This document shows, piece by piece, positions 1 through 13,100 of a stretch of 60,627 bases of DNA (within the stretch, counting starts at the first letter, position 1; the number at the start of each line of letters is the position of its first letter). The notes beneath the pieces are model-generated. The model searched no databases, was not told where the DNA came from, and worked only from the letters and a program-made list of their open reading frames with translations. The DNA lies in assembly GCA_002633005.1 (NCBI GenBank), contig NMRA01000648.1, positions 167,909-228,535 on the forward strand, written 5' to 3'. Origin of the DNA: Phoronis australis. Taxonomy: Eukaryota; Animalia; Phoronida. A program made the translations under genes and the position numbers.

Positions 1-1689
1 TTATACTGCTATCAAATGACCGAGCCAGCATTGTTGATACTACGACCACTCATCGAAATAATGTACACCCACGAAATTCGGACACTAGCGGAAACCCAAA
101 TTTGGAGGTCCGCCAAATTCGGACACCACAAAATGATATTTCGCGAGATTCGTCCAAGAATGAATTTTTTCTATTGGAATTAATTTTCAGTGTCCGAAAA
201 TCACGCGACTTTACCGTAATATGCCAATGTCTTGCTATTTGAGATCCCCAGTTTTAGCACACTGGGCATTGACTTGGAGGGGCATGGAACGCTAAAGGTC
301 ATCGAGCACATTTCATAAGAAATCTTTCGATGAGACTGCAGCTATTTTGTTAGTTTCTCCATGGCAACTGTCTCCTGTATAATTGTGACTATATTCCCCA
401 TTCGTTTCTTTGTCAATATCCCACAAAACCTGTCGCAAAAGATCCACAAGTCTTTGTAGACTGTCATGAGTCAAAATCGTATTGCTTGTGTTGGACTCGT
501 TGTTTGCTCATTGTGGACAAACATAATTGCTAAAAGTATGAATTTTCTGTCCATTATAGGCCGATTACCATGCGACAAATATTGGTAATTCGACGAAAAT
601 GTTGTCTAAGACATCTACACAGCACAAACCAAGTTTAGAATAGGCTTAAACTTTTAGCTGGTCTTTGCTTTTGTTGAGAACCTGACAAAATTATAGTTTC
701 ACTTTCTCACACAAGGTGAAGACTTACTATAGGAACTTGACAAAAATCTTGTAACAAGGTCACAGAAAAACTTCCATGAGTTGTGGGTCTTCTAAATTGA
801 TTGTGTTTTTCTAAAATGTTCCCTTTTAGTGGAGTTTCTAGGTGGGAAAGCGCTACGTGTTTGTTGAGCCTTTTTCCTCCGGATCACAGGCTCACAAATA
901 GCAACGAAAATGTTTCTGAATGTCAAATGCCGACTTGCATCTCTTTAAAGTAAAATCACAGTGGCTTCACAGGAACTGAATGGGATTCACTTGACATAAA
1001 CTTATAAACAGTTATATAAGACTACTCATTGGTATTGCTGCGATAATCATTTTTCTGTATGTGCATTATAAAGAATTAGCTTCAAAAGACATGAAAATAT
1101 GCAGAATTCATGTAAATAATAACTGGTATATCTTAAGCTATCTATAAAAGTAACTTGATTTGGAAAACTTTTTCGAATTATTTGTGTAGTCACTTGTTTG
1201 TAATTTTGAACCATACGATTTGTCCAGTGTTTAATGTTTGTTTTTAAGAACTTTTTTTAATTTTTGTTAGGTATAATGTGAAATTTAGGGAGTGTTTGGA
1301 AAGCAAACATGCCCTAGTCTCATAACAAATTTGAAAAGACATGTTATCATTGCTTGAAATTGAGTTGATATGACATGTATGTGAGGAGAATGAAATCTCA
1401 TTCACAGCTTTGTGTCTGTTAGCAGGGATCCTGTGGTTTTAATATCTTGTGGTCTCTGCCTACTGGCATATTTCTTTTATACATTACATTGGGTACAGGA
1501 ACAACTTGCACTACTGTGCAGGTGTTCATAAAATTAACATTTACAACTACTTCAAAGCTCACACTCAGTTGTAATAACTACAACGAATATTTACAACTAG
1601 GATCACTCGTTATTTTCTTTGCAATATTTACAGCCACTTGTAATCATGTCATGTTAACTGTGGCCATTTTCCCCACTTAGTTATAACTG

Positions 1690-2110
1690 CGACAATGTTC
1701 ACACCCGGTTATAATTGTGACAGTGTCAACCTTGACAATATTCCCACTCAGTTTTAACTGCGAAAATGTTCACACTCAGTTGTAATGGTGACAATGTTCA
1801 CACTCAGTTGTAATGGTGACAATGTTCACACTCAGTTGTAATGGTGACAATGTTCACACTCAGTTGTAATGGTGGCAATGTTCACACACAGTTGTAATGG
1901 TGACAATGTTCACACTCAGTTGTAATGGTGACAATGTTCACACTCAGTTGTAATGGTGGCAATGTTCACACTCAGTTGTAATGGTGACAATGTTCACACT
2001 CAGTTGTAATGGTGACAATATTCACACTCAGTTGTAATGGTGACAATGTTCACACTCAGTTGTAATGGTTACAATGTTCACACTCAGTTACAACCATGAC
2101 ATTGTTCACA
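1690..2110. repeat. 28-bp minisatellite (CACACTCAGTTGTAATGGTGACAATGTT)n
   Basis: About 11 near-perfect copies from 1771 with period 28 and degenerate flanking copies. Confidence 0.92.
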
Positions 2111-4558
2111 TGCAATTACCGTTACAATTGCTCACTAAACCACCCTTGCAGTGAGTTGTAACCACTGGACTGTTGTAACTTACTTATACTGGAAGTCGCT
2201 ACTTTTTATTTGGTTTTGAAAGTTAAAATCACTTTGATGTGAACATTAAAAGACAACAGACAAATACCGCACTTGACAACATTGTACAGGACAAAAGTAA
2301 TCGGACAGAATGCTGTTCCCTGTCATGATCACTATTTTGTTACTAGCAAAATGACTGGTGCTAAGTTGTAACTATTATCACTGCAAAATTCTAATTATTG
2401 AACGTCTTGGCTACCTTACGAACTTTCCTATAACTCACATTCATTCTTGGTCATTAGGGAAAACTACTCTGCTTCCGCTCAGCCGTCATGACTGGGAATT
2501 CTGGGTCATTTGGTCTGAATACTTTTGGCGTGTGCTGTATTCGTTGACACTGTGTGCTTATCATTACAGGACATGCGATGTCTGCAGTTAACATGAAACT
2601 ATTGGATTTCTGAATTACCGGCCTCCATGTTTACCATGATTTTTTTTAGAAACACTCCTTTTTAAGTTGAGTTACACCCGATTACCACAACAAGACAGGT
2701 GTCTCAAACTCCCAATTATTCAGTTAGATTTATTGAAAATGAAGCTGTCCTGAGCACTGTTCAATATCTTCATGCTAGTAGTAGCATGACTCTAAATGAC
2801 TAAAATGAAAATGAAATCCACACACAGACCTACCCCAGAGCATGTTACTCTTGGAAAGTGTTGTTGCTCGATTTGGGGGCTGTGTGGACGCCATTTAAAC
2901 TAGTGCAACTTACCCCACTTGTGACAACTTACCCCACCTTATCGAGGTGGGGTAAGGTGTTCTATGGTAACGTGCGCTACTTCTAATTCCTTTGTGGCTG
3001 CAAACCTGGGACAAAGCAGAAGTAATTATCAATTGCGGTTACATATGGACGGGTTTTCTTTTGCTCACCGCACTCGCAATAGCGAGGTGTTCAATGTCAA
3101 GCATAGAGCGACAACTTCCGCCTGACCCTAGTTATCGCATATGTGTGTGTGTGGACACTCCACTTAAAAGTGGGGCAAGTTGCTCTATGGTAAACTGAGT
3201 GGACAGGGCGTGAGAGTCATTTATTATTTATCCAAATGAGTACATTTTGTTTCTCCCGAGAACACAATCTGCTGCTTGGCTTTGTTGTCTTATGCAAATT
3301 TCTAGCTTGATGCCCTAGGCACTTCAGTAATGCTTGATATAAGTGTGAGATCCTGTGTGTAACAGCTTTCAATTAGACGTGTAATATCACAGCGGTTTTT
3401 GTCTGTGGTAAACTTTGATCAATACGTGTGACGATTTCACACCACACACACTGGACAAATAGTTATTCTTTAGCAACTGATTTTTGTAATTGTTTTACTG
3501 ATTGATTGCTTGCAGTGAAGCGATCAATGCATAGCAAATGGTTGCCCGGCAGTGATGCTTAGATGTTTTGGACAATCATGTGCCTTTGGTTTTGTTGTTT
3601 AAATAAAAACAAGATCCAAGGCATGAAAGTTACAGCTTGGTCATTTATGCTTGTAAGATAGTGATACCTGTGTACTCTTGTTTGTAAAAGTGACACGCAA
3701 CTTTTGCGAAAAACCATAAATTCTTAAATGGAGATTGGGCAACATTGTGGTGAGATTTCTGATCTTTTGGCATCCGAGGCACAACATAAGATTTGATTTG
3801 GTTACTAAAAAATCACACTACGGTAAAAATTCTCCTGTTTGGAACATTGTCTAAAATTTGGGACACAATACAATTTTCTCGATTCTGGAGATTGGGGCCT
3901 TAGCGATTTTAGCGTTAATAATATTTCTCAAAAATTGGAGTCTAGTAGACACTTTTTATCAGCAAAGTCTGGAAATGTTAAACGGACTGGAATGACTTCC
4001 TATTGACAAATATCTTGTATATAGGCTTTTGTGTATGGTGCATAACTGTTTTCACAATAATGTACCAGTTTAGTTATCTCGCAACTTATTACTCGTTGCA
4101 AATAGCCACCAAATTAGGACCAGATTCTCTTCCTCAAACAATTTTGTTGTCCCCTGACACAGAACTGCATTATATCCCAAGTGCTTTTTTATTCAAGCCA
4201 TTGGAGAATGCAACGATTTACCAAACAGCCTGAAGGGAGCGTATGGTTATGATGACTTAATGCACAAACTCATCGCTTACTTGTGAATGTTGTCATCATA
4301 GCTGTTGCTCCCTTTGTTTCAGTCATTTGGCCCTCTCTAGAATTCATTGTACACATCATGTAGAAGCTTTAATTTATTTTTACTCAGTTTGTAAATTTAA
4401 TTTGTCAATATTGATTTAATTTGATATAACTAATAATTTAATCTAATTTAATTTATTTTATTTCATTAATTGCTGTAAGAGGACCATGCTGTATATTAGC
4501 CTTTGGCCAAAGCATGTTTCAAATTGTCTTGTATATTATCCTCTATAAATAAAGTTTA

Positions 4559-5834
4559 CTAGCCGTTATCCGTGTTTTCGCACGGGTAGCAGCTAAGTGG
4601 GAAACTCCGAGGGAAAGAGATACTGCTGAGAGTGAACATTAATGTTCATCGCAAGAGACAGGAATACTTCTTGAAAAGGCCGTGATCAAAGCCTCAAGCA
4701 GAATTTCAGTCACTGTCAAATTTTAGTAGGCAAGGTGTGCGGCGGTTGTGGGATTTTTTCTCCAGGCAGTACAAATTTCTTTCCAGAACATTTGACCCTG
4801 CCGTAACACAAAGTACAGTAATCAAGTATTCTTTAAAGTGAAAACTAAGAATGCATTTAAAATACTGTATAGTACACAAAGCATATAGATGTATTTACAA
4901 AAATTGCATCATAAATGTCCATACTGAGGTAGAAAGCCAGCTATCTGTATGAAGACTATCGTCAACATACAGCTAAGTAGCTGTGTGTAGAGCTCCATTA
5001 GAGGCACCGAAATTTCACAAACCCTGGTTCTCAGCTTGTCACCTCGTCGTGAAACCTAGAGCTAACCAACAGGGGGTACATGCAGAATCTGGGAATGAAC
5101 CTACATCCATATTGCCCATTACAATCGTTTATAGAAGTAAAAAGACAATCTAATCAACGTTATTTTTCGTAATTCTCTGCCTTTTGTAACTGTGGAAAAT
5201 CTGGACGTTTTGAAAACAGTGCATACTTGTGACGCGCACATACGCGCCGTTTCCGAAATTTTTGCGATATCTCTCGAGAGTTTTTTCTGAAATTGGGTTT
5301 TCTGTTAATAAAATAGTAAAAACTTGCGATGAAATGAAACCACTTACAATTGTTATGACATTTGATTGAATTGGCCAACAGTAGACGCAATGGCACCCAA
5401 AGAGCGCATTGCAATTTTAACAGCAACATAACTGAAGAACGCCAATTTTCCAACACCAAGGTAAATAATTTAGTTTACTCAAGGAAGAGGAAGAATTTTT
5501 TAATTAGGCATCATTAATTTTGGCGGGCACAACCGAGGCCCGATGAATTATATACGCGACTGAAGCCGGAGGGAGTGAAATTAAGCCGACGGTGTGACGT
5601 CAACCAGGCCATTGAGCCAACGAATTGTCATCACCAAGGCCAGTACGAAATCGGCCACCCTCCCTTCGCGTCTTCGAAAAAACGGCCTGCGAGAAAAAAA
5701 TAGAACACCTCGAACCCAAATAGGGAGCCGGTGCAATACCTGGGACCTAGGCGGTGCCGAAACGGGTGCAACGAAGGTCTGTTGTGGAGCGGAGAAGACG
5801 GAGTTTGTGCAAATGATGCATTTTATATAATAGA
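4559..5834 (-). mobile_element. Non-autonomous Helitron, about 1276 bp
   Basis: Minus strand begins A^TCTATTATATAAAA (5834) and ends with hairpin CCGTG-cgaaaa-CACGG, then ATAACGG-CTAG^T (4559). Inserted between A and T with no TSD; no Rep/helicase ORF. Confidence 0.75.
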
Positions 5835-7137
5835 TTATTATTATTACAATAGACCGCAGTTCATGGAAACATTAATAGATGCAGTATTTTCATGTGTTAC
5901 CATGGTGTGTAACATTGATTGTAATTCTTGAATTTAAGACATCCAATGTTGCGTATTTTTAAAATTGCTGCAATCCCTGAAAATTGTTTCACTGTTCCAA
6001 GTGGAACATTTTGAGGCATTTTTGTGTAAAATATTTGAATATGCCACCATACAACAATGGCAATTAGACAACATTGTTGTCTCAGTAAATTTGTAAAAAA
6101 TGCTGGAAAATATCGCACTGAATTAAGTTCATGCAAATGTTCAGAATGCTGTCCATCGTTATTATCCTGTCACCATCTAACGGCAAAGTGAATTTTATGA
6201 TATCGCTGGTGTATGGTGCAAAATGGCAATTGGCAAATGGGAATTTAAATCACGACCAGCTATTGATAGCATAGTCTTTGTGAAGGTGTTACTGTTCAAT
6301 AAGCGTAAACTGAGTGCAGCGTGTTTTGTCTTGTTGAAATAGTAATCGAAATTAACGATTAAAAGGTAAAATGTAAAGGTTCATGAATAGTGCTAAAAGT
6401 AGTGATTAAAGTGAAGCAATTAACATTTTGATCAAACGGTTATGCATACTAATCATAGTCTGTTTGTCTGCTCACTTGGTGAAGACTTGGTCGCATGCTT
6501 ATTAGCATTCAATGTTAAGTCGTGAGGTCAAGTCATATTTGCCTAGTAGTGAATCTATAATTTATAAGGAACAAGACATTAAGTGCTGGAGAAAATGCTA
6601 AGTCTGAAGACAGGGTGTTCACGCTTCAAAGAAGGATGTTGGAGTTGTTCATTGAGGTTGAAGCTGGTCTCTTCAGAGGGATTTTTTGTCTCTTGGGTAG
6701 ATCAGTTTAACTGACATGTCAAAGTTCACAGGCACCTCTTATGACTGTGTTGATGGTGGGAAAAAGAGGTCATAATTTGGTCCGGCATTCCTGTGACGAA
6801 GCCTCTACCATGGGCCAGCGTTGTGTTGTTCCAAGCAAGGTCTATGCTTTAGACCAAATATCTACTACACGACTTGATTTGAAAAATATTAGTAAGAGCA
6901 CTGATTAAGTTCTGGTTAACCATTGATCAGATGTTTTGTAGAAATGTCATTTTGTGACTTGATATTCAAGATATAATTCTTTGCTTCTTGACACAATAAT
7001 ATTGATTTGTTTTCAATATTTTTTATCAGAAAAATGCATTTTAACATTTAGCCTAGGCATTTTTCATTTCATTTATGTATAATGGTTGATGTGAGTTGTG
7101 TTGCCTAATTATTAACTCCTTTCTCTTTTGCTTTCAG

Positions 7138-10100
7138 AGACAGAGCGACGTATCAGAGCCAACGACACAGAGTTCAATCATTTATTTCAATATGCGGTAA
7201 GTCAACTGTTGCTCGTGTAGATTTTTTGCTATGGTATGTACTCTGCCGTCCACCTTGTTATTGTTGCAAACTCCTCTAATTTTGATTGAATTTACTCTGA
7301 AAGTCCCCCCCCCCAAAAAAAAATGTAAATTTCACGCAAAATATGGGGACAGAAAACGAAGAAATCCAGGATTTCAAAGACAGTGTAACTACGTCAGTGG
7401 CAATGAATGGAAACTTTCAGCCTATTTTAATGAATTATGTGAAGTAGCCAGGGGTCGGCGGTTATCAGATCTGGACATTCGAGGAAGGCCTATATTTCGT
7501 TGACCTTTTACCTTTCACTTTCAGTATTTTATGACTAAAAAATACCTTCATATTTATAGTTCATTCTTTTCTCACAGTATATGGTCCAGGTTTTGTTTTC
7601 CAGGACAACTATATCAAGACTTCAAAGTACAACATCATAACATTCCTACCACTTAACTTACTGGAACAGTTCCAAAGAGTGTGTAATGGCTACTTCCTGG
7701 GTCTGCTTATACTTCAGGTTTGTACTCTCTATCATTATACTCTATATTGGAAAACTTAAAAGGGCATTTTTTTTGTGATCAATGGCCTAAACAACATGAA
7801 AATCCCGATAAGATGAGCAGTGTGTATGGAGGTACTGTGATGAGCATACTCTACTTTCACTTGTTTGCGCCATCTTGTGTTGCTTCACTAAAGTCATGAG
7901 GGACTCAATCTGTGAAATGCCGCCTGGTCTCAAAGGAATTGGGAGAACAGCTGTGGTTGCTATAATGGGTCCCTCGGGTTGGCTTCACTTAATTTGTGTG
8001 ACTGAGTGACAAGGTTAAGTAATAATTTATGTTTCAGATATGCAAGAAGAAAATAATCTTTTAAGCTAAAGTAAAGAAAGTGCGTGCTCCGTGTTATTGC
8101 AACAGTTGCTGTTGTGATCTCAGTCTTATGCTGTTATATAGCATTTACATTTCCATCCAATCAGAAGGCACGTCGCACATTTGATCAGCCGTCTGAAAAA
8201 TTTGACGTGTGAACGTTCATCAGAGGTCTAATTTGCCTTCTTATCATACGTCCTCACCTTCATAAGGCTTTATTCCAAAGACGCAAGTTTTGGCAGTTCT
8301 CTGTTCGCCCATAGTTGGACAGAATATCATTTTGCATATTAATATTTCTAATAGTAGGCTGCCTTTGTGACCACTTGTTTTAAGTGACAGGCCTCCCTTC
8401 TGATCAAACAGCCTGTTATCCGTCTCGAATCCTGCACACTGATGCGATATAGCGGTGTGGAAAGATTACGATAATTACTGTGAAGAAGTACTATTTAATT
8501 ATTAAACACGTGTTTAACGCCAACCAAAAATGGAGACCCAAGTTTTTATTTCACACGTCTGGTGACATTTTGCCATAATCTGATGAATTCAAATATGTTA
8601 AGTAGCATCTGTACATTCTTGATGTGGCTGTAAAATGACTTACCAACATGAAATTGGTTTCAATTTGTTCCTCATGTGAAACTAGAGTTAGGTGACGTCT
8701 AGGCTTCTAAGGAACTGGCAGTGTGTTATTGCTTGAGAAAATTTGGCTTTGTGTCTTGGGCTAAGCATGGTCTCAAGTAATAACAGACTAGAATTTTTTC
8801 CCCAAGCCCAGAAACAAGTTGAGGGCAGTTTTATAGCCGTATTTGGTTTAAATCAAATGTTAGATTTGTTACTGGATCGCGGGTTTCTAGTCGCCGAGTT
8901 TCGGAAAATGATTTTTTTTTTTTGTTAATTGAAGTATAAACTGTGTATCATCAGAGTGTGGTGTAATGCCAACACATAGGCCATTTTGTTGACATGATCT
9001 CTGAAGTAATCAATTCTGGCACACTCATATTAATTAAAGAAAGCCGAGTGTGATAAATATTTGAAGGAAACCCATCAGGCTCATATGTTATAGATTGTAG
9101 GTACGAAGCAAGCCGATATACCGGCTTACTTTAAAACAGCAGGCATGAGATGTTTTTGGAGGTTTGGACTGTTTTGTAGAAATTTTTCCTTTTACGTGCT
9201 CTGTTCTCAAAATGGTAATAATTTTGCAATTTCATCGTCGGCTATTTGATATGTTAGGGTATGTTGTCATTGTGCAATTATTCGAGTGTCACACTCTCAC
9301 GGTCATTGTCCTCCATTCAAAACTCGTCATGTTCTCCGTTGCAGCTCATTCCACAGATCTCATCATTGACACCTTACACTACAATACTCCCCCTGGTGTT
9401 CGTGCTTGCACTCTCCGCTCTCAAAGATGCTGTTGACGATATCGTGAGTACACTGCAAAACAACAGCAATCAGACAAAATACCATTTTCATGTCATGACG
9501 CCTAGTTCCGTTAACAGTAAAAATAGCTACTAAGGCAGCAAAATTCAATTTACAGAATGGCTTAACCACCGTCACTAACTGTCCTGTCATTTTCCCTTCA
9601 TTCTCAGTCATGAGGTAAGATTACTCTGAATTTGGCTCCCACCCAACTGTCATGACAGGGAGTTACGACTCATTTTGTTTGAATATTTTTAGTTTGTACC
9701 GTTTTCATACTTTGCATGTTTTTGCAGAGTAAGTGATGTTTTGCTCCTAGTAAATCCTTCTAACCATGTGGGTGAAATGTGTGACATATCCCTCAAGAGT
9801 AGGGTGAAAAACTTATCACGCCATTGCCCGAACAGATGTTGCATAGTTCATTGAGGCAACTGGATGATCACTTGGCCCCAAACCTACTTTTGGTAGTTTA
9901 TCAGTACTGAAGAGTTGACATTGGCTACCCATGAAAAGCGTGTCCTCCACAAAGCTGTGATTCTTAAATACAAATGTCTCAGCAGCATGAAGATATGTAG
10001 GACATTTGAGGAATGTCAAAAATTTGACTAACTTAGGAACATAATATCTGAGAGACAGCTGATTCCATTTGACTAACTTAGGAACATTTTATCTCAGACA

Positions 10101-13100
10101 CAGCTGATCACATTTGACTAACTTAGGAACATAATATCTGAGACACAGCTGATCCCATTTGACTAACTTAGGAACATTTTATCTCAGACACAGCTGATCA
10201 CATTTGACTAACTTAGGAACATAGTATCTCAGACACAGCTGGTCAGATTTGTTTGAAACTTTCAATAACCATGCTTTATGCTCTTCTGCAAAATGATTTT
10301 AAGGCATTGTTCCAAAATTTGTGTAAAACGTAATGATAATTTAGAAAACTGTAACAGCGTTGATGAAATGTTATCTTCAACATTTTCAAATGAAATTTAT
10401 CCATGTTCTGATACTGTTTTCCTATGAATGTACGTTTATTTTTCGCCAACTTTTACCAAAAAGACCTAATTGATGGCAGATCAATATAGAAAAAGCAAAA
10501 TACAGTCTTGTCGGTATGGTCCTTCATAACCTTAAATATAATAGTTCCAATACACGCATGTTAACTCACCTTATTAAACATTTAAATTGTTTCTTCTGTC
10601 ATAGTTATATAAAATTGAAACAAAAGCAAGATTCACCATAAATGTAAGACATTAAGTGTTTGGCGAAATGATTATTTTGTCCAGGATTTGACATTTTGTC
10701 CAATCTTGCTTTTACACTTGACACATTTTTTTTCAGCAACGTCACCGTAGTGACAACCAGGTCAATAACAGGAAATCGCTGGTGTTACGCGATGGTCAGC
10801 TGCTGGAGGAGGTTTGGCATAAGGTTGTTGTTGGTGACATCATCAAGATGGAGAATAACCAATTTGTGGCTGTAAGTAAGACTGGCAGACGATGTGGTTC
10901 AGGGGAGGTTACTCTTCATAGTTTTAAAAAATGTTGACAAATTTCGAGGAATCTAGGGCCTAAAACCCACATGGAAAGCTGATGAAAAATAACTCTTGAA
11001 ATTTAGCCGTAATTTTTTCTCCTAAATATCGTCAATTGCGAGAAAAATATTTTCTTGATACAGAAGTCTATGAAATTTCAAAGTCAGAATTTTTGGCTCT
11101 TTCACTTTGGCAGCCATCTTGAGTCATGAGGCATGACAGAATTTTGCCTTGATTTTAAAATAAGAAAAAGTGGTGATGAATTGCCTGGTTTTATTATGTT
11201 ACTGGTTTTTTGATATTTCGGACACCAAAATTTTGCTGTCATTTTATTATTACAGGCTGACCTTCTACTACTGTCTACAAGTGAACCCAACAGTCTGTGT
11301 TACATCGAGACAGCCGAACTTGATGGGTGAGGATGTCAATTTCTCAAGTAGCTTAAACCACTTTGAGTCAACTCTGAGTAGAATTAGTGGAATGCCGTCA
11401 GCTAATGTACACCCTTCGCGTGATTGCATGGTGCAAGTTGACAACTCACTGCAATATACAACATGTTCAATTTTGTTTTGTTGATGAGGGCTAATTTCCT
11501 TATTTGGTATACATAACAGCTTGTCAAAGACACTGAATCTTCAGAAACATCTGTATGTTTAAGCGTAAGCACACGGTTTGCTAGGTCTCAGGCTACCCAA
11601 ACAACACGGCTGCCGGACACATAGCTCCTCGTTCACAAACAGGGCTCACGGGCTGCCAGACAAGATGCACAGACATGGAGTAAATGAACTGTTTCTTGAT
11701 TGCGTAAGCCATGTTTTGCAAGTCCAGCTCAATGTCTGGTAGTCACAGTACTGGTTTCTGAGTTCAGGTTTACCAGACTGAACAATTCTTGTATGTGAGG
11801 AACTATCTTCCTGAATGAGGCTGCTGTGTTGTTCAGGTAGCCTGAGATTGCTCTCCTGTTCCACCTTTTATTAAATCTGATTACGTAGTAATAGGGTCCA
11901 CCAAATATGTAAAATTTTCAAAGGAAATGTGTAGATTTTTCAAAGAAAATATGTACTAGTTTTTTCAATGGAAATAGGGAGAGTTTCAAAGGAAATATCT
12001 TCTGCTTTATCTATAAATTTTTCTTGTAGAGAAACTAATCTCAAAGTTCGCCAAGCATTGCCAGAAACAGCAGTCATGGGAGACGACATTCATGAGTACA
12101 GGAGCTTTAAAGGTAGTTATTGCATGCATGCAGTACCATCTACGATTGTGTGATTCAGTGGTTTCAATTTTACTAAAGACAGACTCTAGCAGAAGTCTGA
12201 TAATTTGTGCTAACTTTGTCAGTTCTTCATATCAGAATCATATACCATTGAAGTGTGGAACGTTTACTGCTTCTAAGTGACATTGTTGTCAAGCTTAACT
12301 GGGAATTAAGCATTACCGTCGCTGATACTTTTATTCTGATTTTTCAATATTGGTAGAAAGTGTGTCATCTTCAACACTTACTGTGTGATGATTCTTTTCA
12401 GGGGAGGTGGTATGCGAGCCCCCCAACAATAATCTCAGTAAATACGAAGGGACGCTAGAGTTGGAGGGGCAGAAATACGCCCTAGATAACGACAAGATGT
12501 TATTGAGGGGCTGTGTGCTGCGTAATACCAAGTGGTGCTTTGGTCTTGTCGTCTTCGCCGGGCGTGACACCAAACTGATGATGAACAGTGGCAAAACGGT
12601 GTTTAAGAGAACGCACACCGACAGGCTGTTGAATTTCATTGTGCTAGGGGTATGTAATTTAGTTAATAGGCACTCAGCTCTCAGTGGTTCCAGCTTTTTA
12701 AGTTTTTACAATGATGGTTTTAATGTTTGAGACATTGAGCTTTGGGTATTTGATTCAAACATGTGCTTACGTATGTCAAAGTTTCGTCGAATCTGTAGTG
12801 TATGAAAGTATTAAAATTTTGAGACTAAATTATTGTAGACTTTGTTCGTTGTGCCAGAGGTTATGACTAGAGATTCAAATTGGAGCCGAATTGTACAGTT
12901 ATTTTTATGTCTTTACATGACTTTGGGCTACGGGGCCAATTCGTGTCTGAAACATTCCTTCAATATTGGAGTTTTAATGAAATTGTTCCTAGACCTTCGT
13001 TAAAACTGTCAACTGAAGAGCTTCAGCCTCTCAAATAAAAAAAAACAATTTATTTATGTTCAATGAATTGTTATTACAGGCGCAATTTTTTTTACAAAGA

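Noticed and set aside
60-218. Complete MITE at the window start (TTCGGACAC motifs, ...TTTACCG|TA end)
   Set aside because: Only one plausible terminus is visible and the partner end would lie outside the window.
560-590. ATGCGACAAATATTG|gtaatt as the ATP8B first exon
   Set aside because: Phase 0 donor, whereas the exon at 7138 needs phase 1; no supporting similarity.
1690-2110. 28-bp repeats as a CRISPR array
   Set aside because: Units are contiguous with no unique spacers, there are no cas genes, and the context is eukaryotic.
10023-10245. Constant 19-bp block plus variable part as CRISPR repeat-spacer units
   Set aside because: The variable parts are near-identical to each other, so this is a tandem minisatellite.
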